Assembly (NCBI GenBank): GCA_040218735.1
Contig: JAVJQW010000012.1
Span: 449,940 to 513,939 of the forward strand
Source: Deltaproteobacteria bacterium
Lineage (GTDB): Bacteria > Myxococcota > Kuafuiibacteriia > Kuafuiibacteriales > Kuafuiibacteriaceae
DNA length: 64,000 bases
Direction of reading: 5' to 3'
Below are positions 9,387 to 18,099 of this stretch, piece by piece. Positions within the stretch are counted from its first letter, which is position 1, and each line of letters starts with the position of its first letter. The notes beneath the pieces were generated by a model. The model was not told the DNA's origin. It was given only the letters and a program-made list of their open reading frames with translations, and searched no databases. Position numbers and translations under genes: made by a program.

Positions 9387-9769
9387 CTTGCCGTTTATCG
9401 GCGACTTCTCGGGACCCGAAGGCCGGCAGGCGAGCTTGCTCGCCGATAACCGGCAAGACCGGCAGGCGAGCTTGCTCGCCAACGCAAGGAGCGAAGCGAC
9501 GCGCAGGGCGCCGAAGGCGACCGAAGACCGGCAGGCGAGCTTGCTCGCCAACGCAAGGAGCGAAGCGACGCGCAGGGCGCCGAAGGCGACCGAAGGCCGG
9601 CAGGCGAGCTTGCTCGCCGATAACCGGCAAGACCGGCAGGCGAGCTTGCTCGCCGATAACCGGCAAGACCGGCAGACGAGCTTGCTCGCCAACGCAAGGA
9701 GCGAAGCGACGCGCAGGGCGCCGAAGGCGACCGAAGGCCGGCAGGCGAGCTTGCTCGCCGATAACCGGC
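9387..9769. repeat. REP/BIME-like intergenic palindromic array: 7 copies of CCGGCAGGCGAGCTTGCTCGCC with two linker types
   Basis: Core copies start at 9423, 9459, 9528, 9597, 9633, 9669 and 9738 (periods 36, 69, 69, 36, 36, 69). The core holds a GGCGAGC-TT-GCTCGCC hairpin. An inverted partial copy lies at 9387-9404. Confidence 0.9.
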
Positions 9770-11658
9770 TAGTACGGATTCTCTTTGTAGTCCTCGTCGC
9801 CGTTGCCGCCGGGGGGTGGGGGCGTCGCGGTCTCGGCGATGCGCACCGCGATCTCGACGTCCTTCTTGTCCAAGCGGACGCGCTCCACGGCCTCGCCGCG
9901 GCCGGGGATTTTGAACAGGAACTCGTGCGGCTCGGCGTCCGCGGCGTCGCGTGAGAACGACAGCACCAGCGGCGTCTTGCCGAGGCTGATGCCGTGTTCG
10001 AAGACCTCGGCGCCCGACGGCTCGGACGTGAATCGCACGCGCGCCATCGGGCCGCGCTGCGGGATCGGATCGACCGGGTCGTCCACCACGGACGGCGGCG
10101 GCGTGGTCCCCTTCGAACCGTCGCGCATCAGGACGTAGCCGAGCACGCCGAGCACCATCAGGAGCGCCGTCCCGGCGAGGATCGGCGCGACCATCGCCAT
10201 CTTCGTGCTGCGCCCCGACTTCCCCATCAGCACGTGGCTGCCGGTGTCCTCGGTGGTCGCCGCGATGCTGTGCTCCGAGAACGCGGCCTCGCCGTGCGCG
10301 GGGAGGTGCGGGCGCGTCTGCGGGCGCGGCATTCCGGACGTGCTGTCGTACGCCGTCGGCGTCCCGGTCGCGTGCGAAGCGCGTAGGTCGGAGAGGCGGA
10401 TGTCGATGCCCGTCTCCATCGACGCGCTGATCCCCGTGATCAGACGTCGGCAATCCTTCATGCGCGCGAGGAACGCGCTCATCGACTCGTACCGCTCCTC
10501 GCGGCGCTTCACGAGCGCGCCCATCACGAGGTGCTCGAGCTCCATCGGAGCCTCGATCCCGAGCGAGCGAAACGGCGGCACCGCTTCGTTCACGTGTTTG
10601 TAGATGACCTCGACCGACGTCCCGCCGAAGAACGGAGGTTTGCCGGTGAGCATCTGGTACATCAACACGCCGAGCGAATAGATGTCCGTGCGCGGGTCGA
10701 GCGGTCGCCCCTGGATCTGCTCCGGCGACATGTACTTCGGCGAGCCGAGGAACATGCCCGCCTTCGTGAGCTCCCCTTCGCTCGGGTCCGGCGTGAGCGG
10801 CTCGCCCAACCCCGAGACGGCGCGGCCGTCGGCGTGGAACAGCTTCACGAGGCCGAAGTCGAGGACCTTCACGAAGTCGGCGTCGTCGCCTTCCTCGAGG
10901 AGGAGGATGTTCCCGGGTTTGAGGTCGCGGTGGATGATGCCCTTGGTGTGCGCTTCGCGGAGCGCGCGACAGATCTGCATCGCGACGTGCAGCGCGCGCT
11001 CGGGCTCGAACGGCCCCTCCGACGCGATGACCCGCGAGAGCGGCCGCCCGTTCAGGTACTCCATCGCGATGAACAGCTCGCCGGATTCGGCTTCGCCGTA
11101 GTCGAAGACGGTGATCGTGTTGGGGTGCGTGAGGCGCGCGGCGGACGCGGCCTCCAGGAAGAAGCGTCGGACGAACTGCGGATCCTTCCGCTGAAACTCC
11201 GGGTTCAGGATCTTCACCGCGACCGGTCTATTGAGTGGAAACTGCGTCGCGAGGTAGACGCGCCCCATGCCGCCCTTCCCCACGAGCCGGTCGAGGCGAT
11301 AACGACCGACGAGCGTCTCCCCGATCCGGGGATCCGCGAGGGACGCCGGGGGTGGGGGTGGCACGGGGGTGTCGCGGCGAACCTCGGGTACGGGGACGAT
11401 GGCCTCTTCGTCCGGCACGGACGTCATGGAGATTTCGACCGAAGGATCAGGATCAGGGGGATACTCCGACGTCACCTTCTCGTGGGCGTTGGGCGGGCTC
11501 GACGCGATCGACGGGTCCGGCGCCTCGGGCGCCTGCAGCGCGCCCGGTGCCTCCGCGCTGCTCGCATAGACCTGCTGGCTGGGGGAGGTCACTTCCTCCT
11601 CCACCGGCTGTTCATCGAGCGCGCTCGGCGGGCGAGGGTTGTTGTCCTTCCTTCCCAT
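9769..11658 (-). CDS. Membrane Ser/Thr protein kinase with a periplasmic PEGA-like domain and a C-terminal YKENPY
   Basis: GKGGMG, VAVK, HRDLKPGN, DFG and YMSPEQ motifs, one TM helix and PEGA-like RFTSEPSGAEVF..LGKTPL. The start was placed at ATG 11658; the ORF extends to 11709. Confidence 0.93.
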   Translation of the reverse strand: MGRKDNNPRPPSALDEQPVEEEVTSPSQQVYASSAEAPGALQAPEAPDPSIASSPPNAHEKVTSEYPPDPDPSVEISMTSVPDEEAIVPVPEVRRDTPVPPPPPASLADPRIGETLVGRYRLDRLVGKGGMGRVYLATQFPLNRPVAVKILNPEFQRKDPQFVRRFFLEAASAARLTHPNTITVFDYGEAESGELFIAMEYLNGRPLSRVIASEGPFEPERALHVAMQICRALREAHTKGIIHRDLKPGNILLLEEGDDADFVKVLDFGLVKLFHADGRAVSGLGEPLTPDPSEGELTKAGMFLGSPKYMSPEQIQGRPLDPRTDIYSLGVLMYQMLTGKPPFFGGTSVEVIYKHVNEAVPPFRSLGIEAPMELEHLVMGALVKRREERYESMSAFLARMKDCRRLITGISASMETGIDIRLSDLRASHATGTPTAYDSTSGMPRPQTRPHLPAHGEAAFSEHSIAATTEDTGSHVLMGKSGRSTKMAMVAPILAGTALLMVLGVLGYVLMRDGSKGTTPPPSVVDDPVDPIPQRGPMARVRFTSEPSGAEVFEHGISLGKTPLVLSFSRDAADAEPHEFLFKIPGRGEAVERVRLDKKDVEIAVRIAETATPPPPGGNGDEDYKENPY

Positions 11659-11906
11659 GACCGCGGGGGGCTGATGTCCGACACTGGCACGGGTACGCCA
11701 GGTCCGCAATTGATCGGACCGCGAGATCCCCGAAAGCCTGGGGCCCCGCCGCCACCTGTCCGGTTGACTCCCCCACCCGCGACGGCCTACCTCAGCGACC
11801 CATGGCGCGCGTAGTAACTCAGAATCTCCCTACTACAGTCGAGACCCGCGACGCCGTGGTTGCCAACCTCGCCCTCGATCGGCTTTAGGCCGGCCCGGAT
11901 TCCACC

Positions 11907-13862
11907 ATGACGCCGCTCGCGCTGACCCTGCTCCTCGCCGCTCAGACCCAAACGTCCTCGACCGCGCCCTTTTCGAAGGCGCAGCTCGAGTACCTCGACC
12001 GCCTCACCGACCAAGTCGCGGCCCGATTGCGCACCTCGGGGGACAAGTCGAACGCCCTCGAACTGAAGGCGGAGGCCTACATCAAGTGGCTCTACCGGAA
12101 CAACGCGTCGCAGGGGTGTGTGACGTACGGCAACCCGCACCCCTTGGGCGACAACTACTCCGGCGACAACGGCGCGTGCCCGGAGTTCTCGCTGTCGATC
12201 ATCGGTCGTCCGATCCCGCAGCTCGAAGGCGGCTTTCGACTCCAGACGCGCTACGGCCAGCAGTTCGCCGACTACTTCGAAAACGGTGACCGGCGCCCCG
12301 GCGAAGACGCGTCGTCCGAGTCGCTCGGTCAGAACCACTCGGCGCACCTGCAGCTGCGTGGGATCTATGTCCGAGTCGCGCGACCGCTGCCGCTGATCGA
12401 CTGGGTGCTCGCGGGCTCGAGCGACCTCAACCAGTTCGACGCGTGGACCGTCGGCAAGGTGCGGTTCATCGAGCGCTTCAACGCGAAGGGCATCTTCCTG
12501 CAGACGTCGATCGGCGACTACGCGAAGGTGCTGCTGTCGCGCATCGCGCTCTCCAAGCTGTATGGCACCGCGAACTACAACTCGATCGAAGACCCGCTGC
12601 TGACGAACCCCTTCTGGGCGCGTGACGCGATCTACGCGACGTCGATCCGCACCAAGACCTTCGCCGACACGGTGCGCTTCACGCTCAACGCGGGCGTCAT
12701 CCTCGACGAGGAAGCCGACGTCCGCGACCCCGACGCCGCGGGCTCCGTCAACACGATCGACTCACGCGACGCAGTGACCGCGGTCGCCGCGCGTTTCTTC
12801 GGCGTGAACACTTCGCTCACCACGGAGATCGTCGGCTTCGACGCGTTCCGCGCGACGGCGGTCGTCGCGTTCTCGCACAACAACCCGAACACCGACTACG
12901 TCAGCAACCTCGCGCTCGGCGGGCTCGGCTTCTCGAACGTCGTCTACGACACGACGAACGACGTCGCCGGCACGCTCCGCGTCGAGCTCCCGGACCTGTT
13001 CACCGAGGGCGCGAAGCTGTCGTTCGAGTACTTCAACATCGGCGCGGACTACAACGCGGTGGTCGGCGCGCGCCGCGAGGACGACGTGCTCCTCACCGAC
13101 GGCTTCCTCGACGGCGGCCAGCTCCCGACGCTCAACCTCGCGAACGAGCTCGTCGACTTCAACGACAAGTTCTACGAGTCGATCATCGGCTGGCACGGCG
13201 GCACTGCGCTGCTCGAGCTCGACACTTCGCTGATCGAGCTGGGCGCCGAGGGCACCTTCATCACGTACAACACGAACCTGCAGGACCGGGACATGGACAT
13301 CTACCCGGGCTTCGGCGGCTTCACCGGCTACACGGACACGCAGCTGTTCTCGTACGCCAACACCAACGACCGCGGCCGCGACCCGCGCGCGGTCTACCGG
13401 CGCGACCAGGACCGCCTCTCCCTCATCACCATGGTGCGCGCGAAGCTGAAGCCCGACTGGTGGGACGGCGCCGAGGTGAACGCCAAGGTGAAGTACATCC
13501 TCGACCGCGACGGCCGCGACAACGACACCGACGCGGACGACTACTTCGGCAACCTCTTCATGGCGCAGGTCTCCGTCGGCGCGCAGCTCCTCGACCGCCT
13601 CTCCGCCACCGTCGGCGTCGCGGGCGACTATTGGATCGAAGACGGCCGCAGCGGCACCTACGCCGGCGGCGTCCCGAGCTTCCTCGACTACTCGACGCTC
13701 CGCCTCCGCCCCTGGATCGGAATGCGCTACACGATGGGCCCGCTCTCCGCGGGCTACCACTTCGAGGTCGTCACGAAGTCGATCGACACCACCGACGACA
13801 CCCAGGACGGGGAGATCGGCCCGGTGATCCGAAGCGTCGGCTGGATGGCCGCACAGTTCTGA
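11907..13862 (+). CDS. Exported 651-aa protein, probable outer-membrane beta-barrel of unknown function
   Basis: Signal peptide, many aromatic-rich amphipathic strands, C-terminal WMAAQF and strongly host-like codon use. Confidence 0.7.
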   Translation: MTPLALTLLLAAQTQTSSTAPFSKAQLEYLDRLTDQVAARLRTSGDKSNALELKAEAYIKWLYRNNASQGCVTYGNPHPLGDNYSGDNGACPEFSLSIIGRPIPQLEGGFRLQTRYGQQFADYFENGDRRPGEDASSESLGQNHSAHLQLRGIYVRVARPLPLIDWVLAGSSDLNQFDAWTVGKVRFIERFNAKGIFLQTSIGDYAKVLLSRIALSKLYGTANYNSIEDPLLTNPFWARDAIYATSIRTKTFADTVRFTLNAGVILDEEADVRDPDAAGSVNTIDSRDAVTAVAARFFGVNTSLTTEIVGFDAFRATAVVAFSHNNPNTDYVSNLALGGLGFSNVVYDTTNDVAGTLRVELPDLFTEGAKLSFEYFNIGADYNAVVGARREDDVLLTDGFLDGGQLPTLNLANELVDFNDKFYESIIGWHGGTALLELDTSLIELGAEGTFITYNTNLQDRDMDIYPGFGGFTGYTDTQLFSYANTNDRGRDPRAVYRRDQDRLSLITMVRAKLKPDWWDGAEVNAKVKYILDRDGRDNDTDADDYFGNLFMAQVSVGAQLLDRLSATVGVAGDYWIEDGRSGTYAGGVPSFLDYSTLRLRPWIGMRYTMGPLSAGYHFEVVTKSIDTTDDTQDGEIGPVIRSVGWMAAQF

Positions 13863-13874
13863 TTACGGCTTAGC

Positions 13875-15146
13875 TTAGCCGTCCATCGGCAGCTCGTACT
13901 GGTCCCACATATCGCCCGACTTTGCCTTCTCCAGCATCTGAGCCATCACGACTCGTTCACCGTCGGAACGACAGTTGATGAGTCCGTAATGAATCCTCGC
14001 CGCTCCCCTGTGCGAACGCGCGAGTTCCGTAGAGAAGACCAGGGGACGACGGCCCCTCGAATATCGACCGCAGCAGCCGAGCGCATCCGCCCGTGGGTGA
14101 GCATAGTTCTCGTTATCGCCGGACGAGAAGACCGTCGCATACGGCTGCGTCGCTTCGAGGAAACTGGTCGTGAACTCGGATGCGCCGTGGTGACAGGCCT
14201 TGGCGACGTCGACCTGGAACGAGTGCGCCTCCCAGTGAGCGAGCAGATGCTCCTGCGCAGGTGTATTGAGATCACCGCCAAGTAGGAAACTCCGATCTCC
14301 ATACCAGAGACGCAAAACCACGCTGTTGCCGTTGCTCGTGTGCGACTCGTCCTTAAACCACGGAAACGCGCCATTGCTGCGCGGCGCAGCCACGGGCCCA
14401 AGAACCTCGATGGGAAGTTCACTCCTCATACCGAAGCCCGGAACGCAACCGTCCGACGCCGCCAAGCGTCTCATCCCCTGGAGCCGGCCAGCGGAGTTCG
14501 CCCCAATAACGGCCTTGAGGAATGTCTCGAAGGTCCTCATGAGACCGCCCGCGGACAGCAGCGCCTTGGCGTCGTCGACCGTGCTAAAACTGGGTTCGAT
14601 CCGAGTTCGTCCTCGGCCATTGAGGGATACCGTTCGGCCGATCTTGCTGTCGTACCGTCCAGAGCGCCCCTTGGAGAAGCGAGCGATACCGTTGTGCAAG
14701 ACATGACCTATCTCGAAGTGCTCGCTCCCGATGATGTAGTTGAGCCCTCCGAAATGGTCTGCGTCGAAATGGCTGACGATCACCGCATCTAGCCGCACGC
14801 GCTCGCCTCTCTCAATGAGCCACCTGTACTTATACTTCGTCAAGTAGTTGTACATGTTGCGGCGGTACTGTCCGCCATCCACGAGAACCCTCCGGCCGGG
14901 GGTCTCGATAAGACATCCGTCCCCCTGACCGACATCAATGAAGAAGATCTTCAAGTACCGATTCTCCGTTGTGACCTCCTTGCGAGGCACCCAGCCCGTC
15001 TCACCAAAGGCGCTCACCAGCAGCCACATCCCCTCGTCACGAACCACATTCATCCAGGCGCCCATCAGCACCGTCGTGAAGGAGGACCTCCCTCCCGGCT
15101 TCTTTCTCAAAGGCAACTCGGGGACGGCAGCGTAGACGACCGACAA
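13875..15146 (-). CDS. ComEC/Rec2-like MBL-fold metallohydrolase with an N-terminal SH3b-like segment
   Basis: FIDVGQGD, VLVDGG, SHFDADHFGG, NGNSVV, GGDL, KACHHGA and NYAHP motifs, plus N-terminal WLLV..GETGWVP. A TTG start at 15146 follows the upstream stop. GC is lower than the flanks. Confidence 0.85.
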   Translation of the reverse strand: MSVVYAAVPELPLRKKPGGRSSFTTVLMGAWMNVVRDEGMWLLVSAFGETGWVPRKEVTTENRYLKIFFIDVGQGDGCLIETPGRRVLVDGGQYRRNMYNYLTKYKYRWLIERGERVRLDAVIVSHFDADHFGGLNYIIGSEHFEIGHVLHNGIARFSKGRSGRYDSKIGRTVSLNGRGRTRIEPSFSTVDDAKALLSAGGLMRTFETFLKAVIGANSAGRLQGMRRLAASDGCVPGFGMRSELPIEVLGPVAAPRSNGAFPWFKDESHTSNGNSVVLRLWYGDRSFLLGGDLNTPAQEHLLAHWEAHSFQVDVAKACHHGASEFTTSFLEATQPYATVFSSGDNENYAHPRADALGCCGRYSRGRRPLVFSTELARSHRGAARIHYGLINCRSDGERVVMAQMLEKAKSGDMWDQYELPMDG

Positions 15147-15147
15147 C

Positions 15148-16815
15148 TTAGAGCCCGAACTTCCCGAGCGAAACGAGCTCTTTAATGTCGACACCGACAA
15201 GCAGGAACGCCTTGATCCTGTCTTCGTCCCGCGTTGCCGCAACGCTGAATGAAATCTTCCTAAAAAGCAGCACACCGCCCCCCAGACCGAGAAGGACTGA
15301 CGCCTTCTCGGAGTCATCATCCACGACACGCGCAAGTAGCGACACATGCGCAAACAGCGAAAAGAGGTATCCCAGATCCGGAAATGACCGAGGGTTAAAC
15401 GAGACAACGAAGGGAAATGTCACCGCCGTATACTTAGCGTCACCGGTCTTAAGATCGGCCGCCCACGAAATCGGAATCGTCGACTCGTACTCTTCGTCGA
15501 AAGGGCTCACATCCTTAGCCGCTGAAACAAGCTCTGTCACGACGGGAAACGTAGTCACAAAACCAAGATTCTTCGGCGTGAACGGCTGAGAACGCGCCAC
15601 GAGCACCTGCTCCTTCCCAACCTTTCCGTAGGCTCTCAGCTCGATCTGCTTGTCGAGGTACTTCTTCGGGACAACGTCCAGTAAGAACTCAAAACGCTCG
15701 GTAGGCTTGGTCTTAAGTTTGACCTCCTTATTGTCAGCCAGCGTGGCCAGCCTATACTCAAAATGCTTACCGACAAGGTCGTAGTAGATATCTGCCGCGG
15801 TGCTGTCGCCAAACGACCACAGCGGCTCCGGCACTCGGATCGCGAGCTTCGAGGTCTGATCTACGACCTCCCGAACACGCCGATGTTCGGTCCTCGTCAC
15901 CTCCATGAACTCAACAACATTGTTCCATGACGGGAGAATCCGCAGGGTATGTTCGAACGGAATAACGACGAAGTGGTCCCCCCGAAACGGGGTGAGTTTG
16001 CTTGTATCTTTAGGGCCAGCAACCTTCAGCTTCTGGGTCATGTCCCATAGCGCTCGTTTGTGAACTCGGTAGAGCCCCTCTGGCGTCTTTGCAGCATCCG
16101 CTAGGTCTTTGGGGAACGGGCCATTCGCATGAGTGGCGGGTAACAAGAGCTCCCGGGAGTTGTCGAGTGCCGCATGGATCTTGGTCCACTTGGACCGCGG
16201 CATGGTCGAGTCCGGGCAGAAGGAAGCCAAGACGAAGCCGCCGTGCGGCGTTTCGAGAGGCCAGGCCTGCGCGACACGCGACATCGGCAGCCCTGCCAGG
16301 GCGGCCGGGTACACCACGGGGGCCTTCTTGTTCGCCTCCATCCGGAGGAGGAGTTCGTACGCACAGAGCTGCTCCGAGCTGTAGCGAAGATGGACACTCA
16401 CATCGACCTGCGCTGCACGAGATCCGAGCCTCGGAAAGTCGTGCTGTTCGAGGATGGGGATGGGTTTTCCCGTCACCGGCTGCTGGTCGGTCAAGAACAC
16501 CGCCCCTTTGCTCCCGTCGACCGACTTGATCGTGACGGCATCCAGCGTGTTCGCCAACCGCTTCGCAGCAGCGTCTTGGTTCATCCGAAGCTCGATACGC
16601 AGCAGCTTTCCGTGCCCGAAGAAATGCAGCGGGACGACCGGCGCGTTTAGGTCGATCTGGACGTCGACCTGCTTCGGCTTACCGAGCTTGGCGTCGGTGA
16701 GCGAATACACTGCGTAGAGCTCGTAGGGCCGTGCTATTGCATCCACAGGGGCCGCAATAAGTACGGCGTATACGGCCGCAACGAATATTCGTGTCGTCGT
16801 TGAGTACTTGTGCAC
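15148..16815 (-). CDS. Secreted hypothetical protein with a hydrophobic C-terminal beta-strand region
   Basis: 555-aa ORF with a signal peptide (IFVAAVYAVLIAAPVDA) and atypical, A/T-richer codon usage. No family recognised. Confidence 0.7.
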   Translation of the reverse strand: MHKYSTTTRIFVAAVYAVLIAAPVDAIARPYELYAVYSLTDAKLGKPKQVDVQIDLNAPVVPLHFFGHGKLLRIELRMNQDAAAKRLANTLDAVTIKSVDGSKGAVFLTDQQPVTGKPIPILEQHDFPRLGSRAAQVDVSVHLRYSSEQLCAYELLLRMEANKKAPVVYPAALAGLPMSRVAQAWPLETPHGGFVLASFCPDSTMPRSKWTKIHAALDNSRELLLPATHANGPFPKDLADAAKTPEGLYRVHKRALWDMTQKLKVAGPKDTSKLTPFRGDHFVVIPFEHTLRILPSWNNVVEFMEVTRTEHRRVREVVDQTSKLAIRVPEPLWSFGDSTAADIYYDLVGKHFEYRLATLADNKEVKLKTKPTERFEFLLDVVPKKYLDKQIELRAYGKVGKEQVLVARSQPFTPKNLGFVTTFPVVTELVSAAKDVSPFDEEYESTIPISWAADLKTGDAKYTAVTFPFVVSFNPRSFPDLGYLFSLFAHVSLLARVVDDDSEKASVLLGLGGGVLLFRKISFSVAATRDEDRIKAFLLVGVDIKELVSLGKFGL

Positions 16816-16856
16816 GCTGGTAGATACGGCGCGGGCGCTCCTGTTCTCTCCGAGCG

Positions 16857-18017
16857 CTACGCGTTCGCCTGCGCCAACCCCTGGAGCGTCTCGAGCAGGG
16901 CGTCCTCACCGGACGCCGGGATCTTCATCTCACCGCCATCCCGCGTGCGCACGACGATGTTGGAGTGGAGGGCGCCGTCCCAGCCGTCGACGCTCGCGAG
17001 CTGGCCGAGGGGGAGCGCGACGCGGTCGTCCATCTCGTGCGCGTAGCAGTGGGTCGCCGTGAAGACGACGGCGTCCTTGCCGGAGCCGAACATCGTGAGG
17101 TCGAAGGCGGCGATGATGTCGGCGCCCTGGACGTCGGGCGGCAGCACCACCGAGCGGATGTTCTTCTCCTTCTTCGCGGGGAGCTCGCCGAGGTGGATCT
17201 TCTTGCCGACGTGCGGGCCGATGTGACGCTGGAGAACCTCGACGTAGTCGCGCGTCCCGCTCATCGGTTGCGCGGCCGGCGTGGGGGCCGACGCCGCGTC
17301 GTCGTGCGGTACGTCGGCGACCTCGGGCTCGGGCGCCGCGACCTCTCCGAGCAGCACCGCCCGAAAGAGCCCCTCGTACGTCGCGGGGTGCACGAGCGCC
17401 TGCCTCGGCTGCGCGCCGGATCCCAGCGCCGCCGCCGCAGCTTCCGCCAGCGCGGCGAAGTGCGCGAACCCGACCTTGTACGTCGTGAACCCGCCGTAGC
17501 GCCCCGTCTGGAGCACGAGCACCGAGCGCCCGTCGCCGAGGCTCGCGATCTGAATCGCCCACTCCAGCTCGATCTTGCCCATCCCGAGCGCCCACTCGAA
17601 CTTCGACTTCTTCGCGACCTTCTTCAGCGCCCCGTTGCCGTCGAGGGCCTTGGCCACCGACTTGTCGACCGGTGACGCCCAGCCCTTCGAGAAGATGTTC
17701 TGCTGAAACGCGACGGCGGCCGGGAGCGCGCCGTCGAGGATCACGTAGTGCTCCCCGGGCATCGCGGCGACACCCGCGTACGGCTGAAAGAACAGGTGCG
17801 TGCGACCGTTCGTCTCGAACGTGAACGTCTGGACGTGGTCGACGTTCATGCGTCCCCCGACGATCGACTTCAGCGCGCCGGACAGCACCCCCGCCCCGCC
17901 GCCGACGCCCGCCTCGTCGAACGCGACCTGGCGCGCGCCCGCTTCGGCGGCCTCCTTCTCGAGCGACTCCCGCTGCCTGTCGTGTGCCTTGCCTGCGTTC
18001 TTCTCGAGGATTCCCAC
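16857..18017 (-). CDS. Hypothetical two-domain cytoplasmic protein
   Basis: Host-like codon usage. A Pro/Ala linker separates two globular parts, and the C-terminal part has DLTMFGSGKDAVVFT. Confidence 0.75.
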   Translation of the reverse strand: MGILEKNAGKAHDRQRESLEKEAAEAGARQVAFDEAGVGGGAGVLSGALKSIVGGRMNVDHVQTFTFETNGRTHLFFQPYAGVAAMPGEHYVILDGALPAAVAFQQNIFSKGWASPVDKSVAKALDGNGALKKVAKKSKFEWALGMGKIELEWAIQIASLGDGRSVLVLQTGRYGGFTTYKVGFAHFAALAEAAAAALGSGAQPRQALVHPATYEGLFRAVLLGEVAAPEPEVADVPHDDAASAPTPAAQPMSGTRDYVEVLQRHIGPHVGKKIHLGELPAKKEKNIRSVVLPPDVQGADIIAAFDLTMFGSGKDAVVFTATHCYAHEMDDRVALPLGQLASVDGWDGALHSNIVVRTRDGGEMKIPASGEDALLETLQGLAQANA

Positions 18018-18099
18018 GATGTCTTGCTACGCCCTCCCCCGCCCGAGCTTCCCCCGGGACCTTCAGACTCTCGAAAGATCTCCTCGCTACGGTCGCTCC

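Noticed and set aside
9423-9769. CRISPR array
   Set aside because: The intervening sequences are only two repeated linkers (14 and 47 bp) rather than unique spacers of uniform length, and there are no cas genes.
8952-10453. ORFs crossing the repeat array (RQASLLA / ASKLACR repeat peptides) and a possible kinase-receptor fusion
   Set aside because: These frames are open only because the periods are multiples of 3. They overlap real genes, the kinase has a clean TAG, and the receptor has its own signal peptide.
13875-15407. Calling the MBL protein the competence channel ComEC, or using the 15407 start
   Set aside because: There is no transmembrane competence domain, and the longer start overlaps the upstream gene by 260 bp.
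13855-16835. Target-site duplication or att sites for the low-GC islet (GATTACGGC at 13861 vs GATACGGC at 16823)
   Set aside because: Too short and imperfect to distinguish from chance, and there is no recombinase or tRNA nearby.
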